In this document: positions 1 to 10,694 of the stretch, piece by piece
Layout of the letters: each line of letters starts with the position of its first letter
Numbering within the stretch: the stretch's first letter is position 1
DNA from: Candidatus Latescibacterota bacterium
GTDB taxonomy: Bacteria; Latescibacterota; UBA2968
Direction: 5' to 3'
Assembly (NCBI GenBank): GCA_965208125.1
Contig: OZ242320.1
Location: 608,001-672,000 of the forward strand
Length of the DNA stretch: 64,000 nt
Translations under genes and position numbers: made by a program
Notes under the pieces: model-generated
Told to the model about the DNA's origin: nothing
Databases searched by the model: none
The model's input: only the letters and a program-made list of their open reading frames with translations

Positions 1-381
1 ATAGAAAAACTTATGGGTTTCCCGAAAATACTTTTGAACCTGTATATCGAGATTCATTTCATAAGTACCCGTACGCTCAGAATCTTCAAATGAAAATTGG
101 CGAAAATATGAGGCCGAACTGAGCGCATCGATAAAATATGCAAACGGCAGAGAACTGTAGAATTTTCTGTACACAAGGCCAACTCTGCCCTCTTCGTGTA
201 TGACTTCTTTGCCCTCGGTCGTCAAATTAAAACTCAACGCATCAATGCGTAGATTATCCACCTGGCTCACCGGCACTTTGTAGTCGGTGACCGAAACATT
301 TTGCGCCTCTGCCGATGCTGTAATCAGCAGCATTGCAAGCGTACAGCAGGCAAGTGCCTTTAATAGATATTGTGCATTCAT
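1..381 (-). CDS. Secreted or outer-membrane protein, 5' part only (runs off the window start)
   Basis: ATG at 381 preceded by GGAGG; manual translation MNAQYLLKALACCTLAMLLITASAEAQNVSVTDY... has a signal peptide ending AEA-Q and stays open to position 1; missing from the ORF track because it is truncated. Confidence 0.75.
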   Translation of the reverse strand, partial: MNAQYLLKALACCTLAMLLITASAEAQNVSVTDYKVPVSQVDNLRIDALSFNLTTEGKEVIHEEGRVGLVYRKFYSSLPFAYFIDALSSASYFRQFSFEDSERTGTYEMNLDIQVQKYFRETHKFFY

Positions 382-455
382 GAGTAGCCTCCGCGATAAG
401 CTATTTGTCAGTCCAGCAGGTTGTCCCCAGGATGAACGAGCCTGACATCCGTTCT

Positions 456-1373
456 TCATTCTGTATTCTCCGGATCCTTTTCAACTGTGGGCCTTGAAAT
501 AATAAAGGTAATATCATCGTAATCCGCTGCGACAACCGTCCCCGTATTATTTGAATCGGTAAGCAACCCCAAATAATCAACCGGACGGGGATCACCACCG
601 AACAGCCGCCGATAGTCTTGGTATGCATTCACTTCTTCCCAAACCCATTTTTTTGCATCTTTTGCACCGTTGCGCAAGACAATAATATATTGGACCCCAA
701 TCCTCCCCTTCTTAATGACCGTCCCTTTGGGCAGTGTCTCGCTCCAGATGTATTTGAGCGTTTTGGTACGGCCAAAGACCAGACGCACCGCAGCAGCACT
801 GTCATTTTTGTCGTCGTCGGTTTCATCGGATCCCTCGGGCAAATCGTGTACTCGCCAGCGCCAGCGCAATTTTTGGAACAAACGCAAACTTGCTTTGATT
901 TCTCTGCCTCGATATGTGACCTTTGCTTCTCTCCCAAAATTTACGGCACCGCCTTTTGTTTTCGCGCTCAGATAATGGTTATTGTTTTCCTGTAAGATTC
1001 GATAGTAAACATCTTCTTTTTTTGCTTTGCTATATCGCCAACCCGATACCCCCACCCAAATCTTGTCGGGATAAGAATTCAAAAATTGAGGATAATCAAA
1101 GGCCTCAAGCACCTGCGTGGAATCTCCCGCAGGCGTGATCCAGTGGGATGGGGGCTGTGAGGGATCTGTTATCTCAAGTATAGTCGAGGGATCGAGACCT
1201 GACCTGGAAGGATCGGCCATTGCAGGATCAGTCGAGAGCAGTGAGTCAACGACCGTAGAATCAACAGATACAGAGACAACCGGTTGGACGACCGTAGAAT
1301 CGGGACCGGCAGCAAAGCATATGCTGTACCTGACAATCACAAATACCACGAGCACGCACAACCTGAGAGCCAT
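456..1373 (-). CDS. DUF3047-domain exported protein
   Basis: Signal peptide, S/T/D/P-rich linker, then motifs LRWRWRV..LP, LKYIWS..LP.G, WVWEEVN...DY...FG..P and LTDSNNT; start chosen at MALRL. Confidence 0.75.
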   Translation of the reverse strand: MALRLCVLVVFVIVRYSICFAAGPDSTVVQPVVSVSVDSTVVDSLLSTDPAMADPSRSGLDPSTILEITDPSQPPSHWITPAGDSTQVLEAFDYPQFLNSYPDKIWVGVSGWRYSKAKKEDVYYRILQENNNHYLSAKTKGGAVNFGREAKVTYRGREIKASLRLFQKLRWRWRVHDLPEGSDETDDDKNDSAAAVRLVFGRTKTLKYIWSETLPKGTVIKKGRIGVQYIIVLRNGAKDAKKWVWEEVNAYQDYRRLFGGDPRPVDYLGLLTDSNNTGTVVAADYDDITFIISRPTVEKDPENTE

Positions 1374-1420
1374 GTTTATCAAGTATATGCTGATAAAGTC
1401 AGTATGGGAACGCAATCCCA

Positions 1421-2299
1421 TCATCCAACCCCGCCGTTACCAATAAAATATCGACTTTTGTAAAGTTGATTTTCCGCATTGCTGGTGACAGCCGATAGAA
1501 ATCCAGAACGGGCTGCGGCTGCACCCCAGTTACCATATTTGTCAATGGCGATATAAGCCATCTGATAGGGACGCGCAGAGGGAACGCGCGCAATGAGTTG
1601 TTGTACAACAGCTTCGCAGGCTTGCTGCGGAGATTTGCCTTGCCGCATGTGTTCAACAACAGCAAACGACCCGCAAGTGCGAGTGATTTCCTCACCGCGA
1701 CCAGTGGCCGCGGCAGCACCTGCGTCATTATCCGCATAAAGTCCCGAACCAATAAGCGGTGAATCGCCGACGCGACCGGGCAACTTAAACGCCGCACCGC
1801 TTGTAGTACAGGCCGCCGCGAGATTTCCGTGCTGGTCAAGGGCGATCATGCCAATAGTATCGTGGACATCTGCGGGAGGACCTGTTCGCTCTCTTTTCCA
1901 CTTTTCCCAGGCTTCTCGCCCCTGCTCAGTAAGCATATTGCATTCTCCAAAGCCCTGTGTGCGAGCAAATTTCAGGGCGCCATTGCCCACGAGCAAAACG
2001 TGATCGGTTTTCTCCATCACGCGTCGCGCCACAGCAGTGGGAGTGGCAATTTTTTTAAGTCCTGCCACCGCACCATAACCGAGGGTGCGCCCGTCAACAA
2101 CCGCGGCATCGACTTCGACCGCCCCCTCGGCATTGGGATATCCGCCGAACCCAACGCTCTTGACCGCAGGATCGCGTTCCGCCACTTCGACACCCCGCAC
2201 AACAGCATCGAGCGCAGAGCCACCGCTTTTCAAAATTTTCCAGGCGGGCTGATTAGAAGACAAACCAAACCGCCATGTGGATACAACAATGTGGGACAT
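1421..2299 (-). CDS. Glycosylasparaginase / isoaspartyl peptidase (Ntn hydrolase, asparaginase_2 family)
   Basis: SVGFGGYPN, HDTIG autoprocessing site, TSG..FKLPGRVGDSPLIGSG, ATGRGE. Confidence 0.9.
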   Translation of the reverse strand: MSHIVVSTWRFGLSSNQPAWKILKSGGSALDAVVRGVEVAERDPAVKSVGFGGYPNAEGAVEVDAAVVDGRTLGYGAVAGLKKIATPTAVARRVMEKTDHVLLVGNGALKFARTQGFGECNMLTEQGREAWEKWKRERTGPPADVHDTIGMIALDQHGNLAAACTTSGAAFKLPGRVGDSPLIGSGLYADNDAGAAAATGRGEEITRTCGSFAVVEHMRQGKSPQQACEAVVQQLIARVPSARPYQMAYIAIDKYGNWGAAAARSGFLSAVTSNAENQLYKSRYFIGNGGVG

Positions 2300-2328
2300 C
2301 GCCTTCTTTCTATTTGAGAATTTTTTAC

Positions 2329-3624
2329 CTATTCTCCCATCGCCCGATAAATCGCATTTCGCGTCCCCTCGAGATCAAAGCACTCGTACTGGTTGTCGTA
2401 CATCACACGCGACGCAATGTGCATGGCCTGTGATTCGGTTAGATATCCCTCTCCTACTTCGGCCTCGAGCGTTTTGTCAAGCCAGAAACGGGTTTGAAAT
2501 GCGTAAGCAGCGGCACTGGTGGGCCAGCGCGTATCGCCGCCAAAGACAAAGAGCTTATTGATGGGAGCACCGTGAATAAATCGGCGGACAAAATCGCTTG
2601 AAGCGTAGGGATTGATAGACCATGCCCAGCACAGATCTGCCCAGACATTTTTGTAGTGCTTGGTCAGCGCGATGAGTTCATCGCTGTAGGGATAGGCAAT
2701 GTGCATAAGCACAAAGCGGGCGTCGAGATACCTGGCCAAAAGCGCGCAGAGATTGCCAGCTTTAATGCGGTCAACGGGCATGCGATTGTTACCGGCGTAA
2801 TAGCCCGTATGGATTTTGAAAGGCAAATTGTGTTCAATAGTCAATTCCACACCCCGTGCCCAGCACCAATCGCCAAGACACAATCGCATGGACTCGGAAA
2901 CATTGTTATTCGATCTAAGCGTCGCGTAAAGCGCGCGTTCAACATCGCCGCGGGCGCGCGCTTGCCAATTGAGGGTACGATTGTACGCATGTTGGGCTTT
3001 AACCGCAATAGCACAGGGCGCGTGCTTTTCAAATATCGCCTCCATCGCCTTCTGCAGAGAATCGAGATCAACAACAGTAATACCAGTATCTTTGGCAATG
3101 GCTTCCTGATCTATCTGCCCACTGCAAAAACCCGCCCACGAGAGATCGTAAAGAAAAAAGTCTGGTCCCGATTCGTCGGGGTCACAGGGCCAGGAAGAAT
3201 CATCGGTTTGAATATGATCGAGATTGGCGACTTCGCGCAGCAAATTGTAGCGACCGCCGGAAGTACGCAATTCGGTCAGTTTTTCCTGTGCGGGCGCGAG
3301 CACATCGGGTGTGAATTCATCAAAACCATACACATCGGTGACAATGCGCCGCACAGCCTCGCCATAACCCGTGTATTGCGTGGCCTCCCACGCTGCGCGC
3401 ACACCTTCAAAACGCCCGGCGAGATCGGGATCTGAGGCATCCGTGAGACGACGCAGAGCTTCGGGAGATGCACCAGCCGTAATGAGATCCGCAGGCACAT
3501 AATTGCCAAAGAGATCCTGTAATACATCGGGACCGTCATCAATCCAATCAGGCTCTCGACGAAGATGTTCGTGCGTATCGCACAGCGCGGTTTGTTTGAT
3601 ATGTTCAGATAAGTTGGTAGTCAT
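2329..3624 (-). CDS. Amidohydrolase-superfamily protein (uronate isomerase-like)
   Basis: DTHEH metal motif, KIHTG, FVLMH..YP, FGGD. Confidence 0.8.
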   Translation of the reverse strand: MTTNLSEHIKQTALCDTHEHLRREPDWIDDGPDVLQDLFGNYVPADLITAGASPEALRRLTDASDPDLAGRFEGVRAAWEATQYTGYGEAVRRIVTDVYGFDEFTPDVLAPAQEKLTELRTSGGRYNLLREVANLDHIQTDDSSWPCDPDESGPDFFLYDLSWAGFCSGQIDQEAIAKDTGITVVDLDSLQKAMEAIFEKHAPCAIAVKAQHAYNRTLNWQARARGDVERALYATLRSNNNVSESMRLCLGDWCWARGVELTIEHNLPFKIHTGYYAGNNRMPVDRIKAGNLCALLARYLDARFVLMHIAYPYSDELIALTKHYKNVWADLCWAWSINPYASSDFVRRFIHGAPINKLFVFGGDTRWPTSAAAYAFQTRFWLDKTLEAEVGEGYLTESQAMHIASRVMYDNQYECFDLEGTRNAIYRAMGE

Positions 3625-3640
3625 GTGTTTATTCCTTTCA

Positions 3641-4408
3641 TCATCTCGCAACTTTCAACCAATATCCCCCATCTACACTCAACACCGTCCCCGTAATATA
3701 GTCGGCAGCATCAGAACAGAGAAACGCGGCGGCATTGGCAATATCTTCCGGCGTCCCCAGGCGCTTCCAGGGCAGCGCAGTAGCAGCCTCTCGGATTTGT
3801 TCTTCGGTTGCATATTGACGCTCGCCGGGCGTATCGATATACCCGGGCGTAATCACATTGGAGCGAATGCGATGATCGGTAAGCTCGTTGGCAATAGTCG
3901 CCGACATCTGATTGATCCCCGCCTTCGCCGCATTATAGGGCAACGAGGTCGGAAAGGGGATATCGGACAAAACAGAACTGATAAAGAGAATTGCCCCCCC
4001 ATCGCCCTGTTTGACCATCTGGCGAGCACCGGCCTGAGCCATGTGGAAAGCACCCCAAAAAGTGACATCAAGCGTGCGCCGCGCACCATCCAATTCCAGA
4101 TCGAGAAAAGGTTCGCGTTTGCTGTAATACGCATTGGAAACCACAATATCCAGACGACCAAATTCCTCAACCGCAGCGGCGACCATCGCATCCACCGCAT
4201 CGCGGTCAGAGACATCTGCGCCATAGACAAGCGCGTCAGATCCCACATCGCGAATCTCAGCGGCAACGTCCTCTGCCTCTTCGGGATGCGTGCGATAATT
4301 GACCGCAACCTTTGCGCCCGACCGTCCCATCCGAAGGGCAATACCGCGTCCAATACCGCGCGACGCGCCAGAAATAAGCGCGACCTTTCCGTCCAAATTG
4401 ATATTCAT
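3641..4408 (-). CDS. SDR-family oxidoreductase
   Basis: GASRGIG, YNAAK, PGYIDT, VDGG; AAGGAG RBS before ATG 4408. Confidence 0.9.
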   Translation of the reverse strand: MNINLDGKVALISGASRGIGRGIALRMGRSGAKVAVNYRTHPEEAEDVAAEIRDVGSDALVYGADVSDRDAVDAMVAAAVEEFGRLDIVVSNAYYSKREPFLDLELDGARRTLDVTFWGAFHMAQAGARQMVKQGDGGAILFISSVLSDIPFPTSLPYNAAKAGINQMSATIANELTDHRIRSNVITPGYIDTPGERQYATEEQIREAATALPWKRLGTPEDIANAAAFLCSDAADYITGTVLSVDGGYWLKVAR

Positions 4409-4427
4409 AGAGAACTCCTTATTCAAA

Positions 4428-4847
4428 TCACTCCGAGGACAGACCAGTACCCGGCCACTGATCGTCGCTGGAAGTAATATCCACAGTGATACCATCGGGA
4501 TCCTCTACTTTGAACGCGCCCTCCTCGAGCTTATCCGGAGCCAAGGGCTCTTTACCGCCCAGACCATCGGAAAAAATCTCGTAACCCATATCCGTCAAAC
4601 GCCGCGCCGCAGCTTCCAGATCGGGAACCCGAATACCAATATGCAAATAATCCAGCATCCCGCTGACGTGCTCCGGACGGGAAGGCCCATTGTGCTGAAA
4701 AATGCGAAAATTGTGATAGCCATCGGTCAGATCAAAAGATTGCCCTCGATCCTGAACCAGGCTCAAACCCAGGCCATCTCGCCAGAAGCGGATGGTCTCA
4801 TCGATATCTGTGGCGCGCACGCCAATATGAACAAGTGTAGTACCCAT
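4428..4847 (-). CDS. VOC / glyoxalase-family protein
   Basis: HIGVRATDIDETIRFW, HIGIRVPDL, DPDG; AGGAGG RBS. Confidence 0.85.
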   Translation of the reverse strand: MGTTLVHIGVRATDIDETIRFWRDGLGLSLVQDRGQSFDLTDGYHNFRIFQHNGPSRPEHVSGMLDYLHIGIRVPDLEAAARRLTDMGYEIFSDGLGGKEPLAPDKLEEGAFKVEDPDGITVDITSSDDQWPGTGLSSE

Positions 4848-4886
4848 AATGGTATTCCTCCTGTTAAAGTATAATCTGTGCATCTT

Positions 4887-4910
4887 GGGCGAGGCAAGCC
4901 TCGCCCCTAC
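4887..4910. repeat. GTAG-type REP-like palindrome
   Basis: GGGCGAGGC-AA-GCCTCGCCC followed by CTAC (GTAG on the minus strand). Confidence 0.7.
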
Positions 4911-5001
4911 CCCTGTATGGTTCTTCGCCTTTGCCTTTCTCCTTTCCATCTGCGTTCAGGCTCAAATTACTCGCCTTCATTCTGCGGATTATTTTTCACC
5001 A

Positions 5002-6747
5002 CTAATCCCACAATTGCTGCATTTCCGCACTCGATTCGAGCAACTCTTCCAGCGTCCCCACGCCCTCGATACGACCATCTTTGAGAACGACAATTTGATC
5101 TGCGCGGCGAAGCGCGGGACGGCGGTGAGAAACCACGAGACAGGTAGCACGACGGTGTTCAAAAACGCGCCGCCAGAGAATGCGCTCGGTTTCCACATCC
5201 AGCGCAGAAGATAAATCGTCAAAAACCAGAAGTTCGGGATCGCGAATAAACATGCGGGCGGCAGCAGTGCGCTGAATTTGTCCGCCGGAAAGTTTGACAC
5301 CGCGCGGCCCAACAATCGTATCCAGACTGTTTTCAAGAGTAGAAATATCGGTCTCCAAAACGCCATTGTAAAGCGCGTGTTCGAGTGCTTGTGGATCATC
5401 GGGCAATCCCAGGAGAATATTATCGCGCAGAGACTCGCTGAAAAGACGCGGGATTTGTGGCGTATAAGCACAGCGCGGAGGCGTAAAAAAAGTTTTGGGA
5501 TCCGCGACCTTCTCACCATTCCAGTAAATATCCCCATCCGCAATCGGAAGAACACCGAGAAGCGCGCGGATAAGCGTGGTCTTGCCCGATCCGATTTGCC
5601 CCGTAATAACCGTAAACGATCCAGCGGGAATGACGAGATCAATATTGTAAATCCCATTTGTAGATTTGGGATAAATATAAGTCATATTGCGAATGGTGAG
5701 TGCGTTGAGCTTGTCCGATTCCACACGGGATGGCAAACGCAGTGCGTCGGGTTCTCGATTGAGATAAACATCCGTGTGCTGAGAGATGCGTTCTCGGGGC
5801 ATATCTTCAATAGTATAAGCCATCCGAAAATAAGAAACTTCGGCACGCTTGTGATTGGTGAGAAGGGTCCCAAGCAGGGAACCGCTTCGGGCAACCTGAC
5901 CGACATAAGTGGCAAAAAGTGCCATATCGCCAACTGTAAACGCGCCCGATTTCATTTTTTCTGCCACGAGAATCAGAATAACGCCCGTGGCAATATGCCC
6001 CAGATTGAAATTTATCGAACTTAAAATTTGAGTGAAGAGATTATCGATAAGAGTAGATACGCGGCGCGCATCATTGAGTTGCCGAAAGCGATCAATCACA
6101 TGGGCTTGCGTGGTGGCGACTTTTACAGCGAGAATAGATTGAAACATCTCATTGATAAAATTGGTAGATCGCTCTGTTGCAACCCGCTGCGCAGTGCGAT
6201 ATTTGTGAATATAGTTGCGGGCAAAATCCACCACAATAACCACGCATATCGCCGGTATAATCGTAATAAAAGTGATATAGGGATCAATTCTCGACATATA
6301 AAAAATAGCGAGTGCTGCAAATACGAGATTGCCCCACATGTGGATATATCGATTGAGGTATTGAATAATGCCCAACACATCGTCGCGGAATCGGTTGGTC
6401 ACCTCGCCAGAGGCGGTAGAAATATTTCCCGGATCTCGAACTTCGAGAATAGCAGTCATAAGATTTTTCCGCAACAGTGTCTCAATAGCATACCACCAGC
6501 GCGGCCATGCAAAAGCCGAACCGAGAAGGGCGATGCGGTTGCCAATCTCAACGGCGACAAAAAGCGCGACAAGCGACCAGGCAGTGAACCCCGCCTCGGC
6601 CTGACCGGTGAGCGCGTCAAAAAAACCCTTCATAATAACGCCCGCGAGAAAAGGCGCAACATCGTCGATACCGCGAAAAAATATCGTAGTCAAAAAAAGT
6701 CCGGGACGAAACTTGAGCAATCGCCATGTCGTTTGGCCCATCGTCAT
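5002..6747 (-). CDS. ABC exporter, fused permease/ATPase (heterodimer subunit B)
   Basis: 6-TM domain, [18 protein letters not shown] degenerate Walker B. Confidence 0.9.
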   Translation of the reverse strand: MTMGQTTWRLLKFRPGLFLTTIFFRGIDDVAPFLAGVIMKGFFDALTGQAEAGFTAWSLVALFVAVEIGNRIALLGSAFAWPRWWYAIETLLRKNLMTAILEVRDPGNISTASGEVTNRFRDDVLGIIQYLNRYIHMWGNLVFAALAIFYMSRIDPYITFITIIPAICVVIVVDFARNYIHKYRTAQRVATERSTNFINEMFQSILAVKVATTQAHVIDRFRQLNDARRVSTLIDNLFTQILSSINFNLGHIATGVILILVAEKMKSGAFTVGDMALFATYVGQVARSGSLLGTLLTNHKRAEVSYFRMAYTIEDMPRERISQHTDVYLNREPDALRLPSRVESDKLNALTIRNMTYIYPKSTNGIYNIDLVIPAGSFTVITGQIGSGKTTLIRALLGVLPIADGDIYWNGEKVADPKTFFTPPRCAYTPQIPRLFSESLRDNILLGLPDDPQALEHALYNGVLETDISTLENSLDTIVGPRGVKLSGGQIQRTAAARMFIRDPELLVFDDLSSALDVETERILWRRVFEHRRATCLVVSHRRPALRRADQIVVLKDGRIEGVGTLEELLESSAEMQQLWD

Positions 6748-8552
6748 GCGATAAGTTCCTCCAGCCCCGTATTGTGCAAGCGTGAAAACTGCGAATTTGG
6801 ATCCGCAACGAGATCTGTGCGAAGGCCAAATTCACCCACCTGTCCATCATCGAGAATGAGAATATTATCCACGCGCTCTACGGTCTCAAGGCGATGCGCG
6901 ATAATAATACCCGTGCGACTTTGCAACAGGCGTTCCACCGCAAAATTGATATTCTGCTCGGTTGCGGGATCGAGCCGCGATGAAGGCTCGTCCAGAATGA
7001 CCAGACCGGGATCTTTGAGGAAAACGCGGGCAAAGGCGAGCAACTGGGCTTCGCCAGCCGAGAGACTGCCCGAGACGAGTTCGGTATCCAAACCATCGGG
7101 CAATGATGCATACCATGCACCAAGGCCGAGTTCATCGAGTATAGCGACGATTTTTTTATCCGAAACATCGGGTCGAAAAAGGGTGAGATTGTCGCGTACG
7201 CTGGCATTGAAAAGTTGCACATCCTGCGTAACGAGACCGACGTGCTGCCGCAAATCGTCGAGCAAAATATCCCGGATATTTTGATCACCAACTCGAATTT
7301 GTCCGCGCTGAATATCGTAAAAGCGAAAAAGCAAGCGGGTAATCGTGGTCTTGCCACTGCCCGTGCGCCCCAACAAGCCGAGGGTTTTGCCCGGATCGAG
7401 AGAAAAGGAAATATTCCGCAGAACGGGATCGCCGGGATTGTACGCAAAATGGACATTGTCAAACGCAATGCCCAAAGGTATTACCTCGAGATTGCCAGAA
7501 GGAGCAGCTAATTTTTCATTCCCATCCCGAATGCGGGTCTGGATGCGGTGGAGTTCTTCAATGCGTTTAAGCCCGGCAGTGGCACGTTGCAAATCGTTGA
7601 TTTGCTGGCTAATTTGAAAAAGCGGTTCCCGCAACATCGACGTATAGTGAAAAATGAGAAAAACCGCGCCAATTGTAAATGTACCCTCCCGATAAAGCCA
7701 GATACCCATGCCCATAGCAAGCGCATAACCGAGCGCGAACATAATGCCGGTAATCGCACGCAATCCTTCACTCATAATTTCGGATTTCTTCACGCGGGCA
7801 AAAACGCCGTTATTGACCCCGTAAAACCGATTCACAGTGTAGTCGCCTGCGCCATTTGTGCGGATGTCTTCAAGGCCGAGCAATCGCTCTTCGATAAAAC
7901 CGTAAAGACGCGCATAACTTTCGCGTTCAGCCGTATAAATGGGCACAGCAATATTGCGCGTGAGATTAAAAACAATAAAAGCGAGAATCGAAAAAGCCGT
8001 CAGCGCTGCGCCCACGCGCCAATCTTCGCGAAAGACGAGAATGAGGACGCCCAAAAGAAAAAATGAGCTTCCAATAACATGGATGACAAATTGCGAAAAA
8101 AAATTAGAAAGTGCCGTTGTATCGCCGTCAACGCGCTCGATCATCTCGCCCGGAGTACGCTCGTGGTGAAAGCCCATATCGAGGTTGAGACAGTGGTGCG
8201 CAAGCGTATTCCGCATCTGATTCGTCGCGCGCCAGCCCACATCTTGCCCCAAATAAGAACTCACAATTTGCACGCCCTGGCGAATAATCCCAATGGCGAG
8301 AAAAGCGATACCCGCCCATATCAGATTTTGTACGGCACCATCTGCCTGCGCCGTATCGATAAAATATCGAACGATTTGGGGATTGAGCAGATTGAGACCA
8401 ATACCGGTGAACATGAAAACGCCGAGAAAAACAACGCGCTTCCAATGGGGGCGAAGATAGTGTATCAGGAGGGTGGCATAATGCCTGAGAGGGACGCGTT
8501 CCAAGAGGATTCCCGAAGTGGGTGAAAAAAAATGGACATCCAAATCGCTCAA
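6744..8552 (-). CDS. ABC exporter, fused permease/ATPase (heterodimer subunit A)
   Basis: TM domain, [18 protein letters not shown]; stop overlaps the next ATG; exact start uncertain. Confidence 0.9.
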   Translation of the reverse strand: MSDLDVHFFSPTSGILLERVPLRHYATLLIHYLRPHWKRVVFLGVFMFTGIGLNLLNPQIVRYFIDTAQADGAVQNLIWAGIAFLAIGIIRQGVQIVSSYLGQDVGWRATNQMRNTLAHHCLNLDMGFHHERTPGEMIERVDGDTTALSNFFSQFVIHVIGSSFFLLGVLILVFREDWRVGAALTAFSILAFIVFNLTRNIAVPIYTAERESYARLYGFIEERLLGLEDIRTNGAGDYTVNRFYGVNNGVFARVKKSEIMSEGLRAITGIMFALGYALAMGMGIWLYREGTFTIGAVFLIFHYTSMLREPLFQISQQINDLQRATAGLKRIEELHRIQTRIRDGNEKLAAPSGNLEVIPLGIAFDNVHFAYNPGDPVLRNISFSLDPGKTLGLLGRTGSGKTTITRLLFRFYDIQRGQIRVGDQNIRDILLDDLRQHVGLVTQDVQLFNASVRDNLTLFRPDVSDKKIVAILDELGLGAWYASLPDGLDTELVSGSLSAGEAQLLAFARVFLKDPGLVILDEPSSRLDPATEQNINFAVERLLQSRTGIIIAHRLETVERVDNILILDDGQVGEFGLRTDLVADPNSQFSRLHNTGLEELIA

Positions 8553-8681
8553 AGTTCTTGAAAATTAAGAGGTCGCATGTTAATTTCCAAATGAAATTTA
8601 ATCACTAACACTGTAATCCAATAACGTATTTACACATTGAAGCTTGTCTTTGAGTGATTTGAAGGATATATTTTACCGTAA

Positions 8682-9014
8682 ATGAAACTGCCGAATAGGG
8701 AAAAAGCGCATATACCTCGAGAGAAAATCCTTGATTATCTCCTTTCACCAACTCATCGGGACGGAAAACCTAAGCATGATTTTTTTATTCGGTTTGGATT
8801 TACACGGGAACGCTGGGAACAGTTAGCAAATGTTTTGATCCAACATGCACAATTTCATGATGTCCAGGCATTTTTTGAAACCCCTTTTGGTTATCGATAT
8901 ATTATCGAAGGCGTGATTATGTGTCCCGATGGTCGCCAGCCTGTAATTTTAAGTGTTTGGTTTATCGATGCAAGTGGCAATGCACCTCGATTGGTGACTG
9001 CATATCCAGCTTGA
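8682..9014 (+). CDS. DUF6883-like protein (putative nuclease-type toxin)
   Basis: MKLPN.EKA.I..EK..DYLL...H..GK.K..FF...GF ... SVW......PRLVTAYP pattern; AT-rich. Confidence 0.7.
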   Translation: MKLPNREKAHIPREKILDYLLSPTHRDGKPKHDFFIRFGFTRERWEQLANVLIQHAQFHDVQAFFETPFGYRYIIEGVIMCPDGRQPVILSVWFIDASGNAPRLVTAYPA

Positions 9015-9035
9015 TAAGTGTATTTTGAGGGAGCT

Positions 9036-9269
9036 ATGAAAACCATACAAGAACACGATCAAATTATTTTAATGCGTAATTTGAAAGAATTTGGCCTTTG
9101 CCTGGGCGATATAGGAACTGTTGTACTTGTACATCAAGCAGGTCGAGGTTATGAGGTAGAATTTCTTACATTGGATGGAAAAACCATTGGCGTCACAACA
9201 TTGATGGCTGATGAGATACGTCCAACTGGTAGCCGAGAAGTCGCTCACGCACGGTTGCTGAATACTTAA
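9036..9269 (+). CDS. DUF4926-like protein (putative antitoxin/immunity partner)
   Basis: GL..GDIGTVV.V......YEVEF....G.T motif; GAGGGAG RBS. Confidence 0.75.
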   Translation: MKTIQEHDQIILMRNLKEFGLCLGDIGTVVLVHQAGRGYEVEFLTLDGKTIGVTTLMADEIRPTGSREVAHARLLNT

Positions 9270-9275
9270 ACTCTC

Positions 9276-10580
9276 TTGATGATTCTACCCCGAATGCCTC
9301 CCAAACTCATCTCCCTTCTAAGAAATACTGGCCTCGACATCCATTGGGAAAAATCTGTCGCAACATTCCCCGGCAACCTCTTCTTTCTTAAGCCCGAAGC
9401 CATCCGCGAAAATGGCGCCTGGGCAAATCTTCCGCCCAACGCCATAGACTTCGCAATCCGCGCCGCTAAACAAATCGCCGCCGATCCCGACCTCGCGCAC
9501 ATGGTCTGGCATGCCCATCGCCTCCTCTTCATCGACAAAAGCACCCAGAACTCGGCAACCCGCGACTGGCCCCTCCTCGCCCCCGTACTCGGCAATTACG
9601 GCGGTGCCTTTTATCTCCTCATCGCGCTCTCGGGCATACCACAACTCCGCACCTACCACCAATCGCGCGACATACCCGAACACATCACCCGATTGACCTG
9701 CCGCGACACGTACGTCTGGGCGCAGCAATACCACGACATCGGCGTCTTCAAAAACGATCGTTTCTTCCACCCGGGTGCCCCCGGCGCGTGGGGATTGTGC
9801 ACGCGCATCTTGCCCTGGCTGCTCGGCCATCTCAACGGCGACCTCTATCGCGTAGGACGCCTGCAATACAAAACTGGACCCTTTCGCCAGAAAATGCGCG
9901 CGTACCGCCATCGCACCTCTACACATCTGTGTCTCCTGTGCGAATCCGGATTGGAATTTCGCACCGACGGCAACTTCAACGGCGCGGGCGAACGGGAAGA
10001 CCCACAAGCCTGGACATCTGAACTCACCGAAACCTCGACCCATATCATCGGCAATCCCATACACCCCAACGGCCACGCACAACGCCAGCCGGTCGGCCTC
10101 CCTCGCGCTCACTGGAATTGCGTCCTCACTGGAGGCGATCCCATCCTCGAAATTCACATCCCCGAAGACGGACCAATGGCATTTGAAAATTGCGGCGACT
10201 CCCTCCGTCAGGTCGCCAAATTCTTCCCCAAACACTTCCCCGACCGTCCCTTCAAAGCGATCTGTTGCACATCCTGGTTCCTCGACCCCACGTACCAGAA
10301 CTTACTCTCCAAAAATTCCAACATCGCTCGCTTCCAGCGCGAATGTTATCTCTTCCCACTCAACTCGCGCAGCAAATACAGCAGCCTCGATCGCATCTTC
10401 GGTCCCTATGTCCACGACCTCTCCACAGCCCCGCGCGACAGCAGCATGAGAGCCGCGGTACTCGATCACATCGAAAACGGCGGCTGTCTCATCAGCGGAG
10501 GCTGCCTCCTCTGGACAGACCACCTCGACAAATGGGGCACCCAATTCTACCTCCATCAATCTCCCAGTCCCCAAAGTTGA
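9276..10580 (+). CDS. GNAT-like acyltransferase domain protein (DUF5596-type)
   Basis: YRVGRLQY, LEIHIP..GP, F.A.CC.SWFLDP, SNI.RFQ motifs. Confidence 0.7.
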   Translation: MMILPRMPPKLISLLRNTGLDIHWEKSVATFPGNLFFLKPEAIRENGAWANLPPNAIDFAIRAAKQIAADPDLAHMVWHAHRLLFIDKSTQNSATRDWPLLAPVLGNYGGAFYLLIALSGIPQLRTYHQSRDIPEHITRLTCRDTYVWAQQYHDIGVFKNDRFFHPGAPGAWGLCTRILPWLLGHLNGDLYRVGRLQYKTGPFRQKMRAYRHRTSTHLCLLCESGLEFRTDGNFNGAGEREDPQAWTSELTETSTHIIGNPIHPNGHAQRQPVGLPRAHWNCVLTGGDPILEIHIPEDGPMAFENCGDSLRQVAKFFPKHFPDRPFKAICCTSWFLDPTYQNLLSKNSNIARFQRECYLFPLNSRSKYSSLDRIFGPYVHDLSTAPRDSSMRAAVLDHIENGGCLISGGCLLWTDHLDKWGTQFYLHQSPSPQS

Positions 10581-10605
10581 CATCTTCTCAAACACATATT
10601 ACCTT
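10577..10605 (+). promoter_or_regulatory. Putative sigma70 promoter for the ABC operon
   Basis: TTGACA-17 bp-TACCTT. Confidence 0.4.
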
Positions 10606-10694
10606 TCGCCTCACAAATAACACCCTCGCCACTCGTATCCCCGTGTCTTTGTGTCTTTGTGTGAGACATTTATCCAATCCCATATCTTTTGCCC

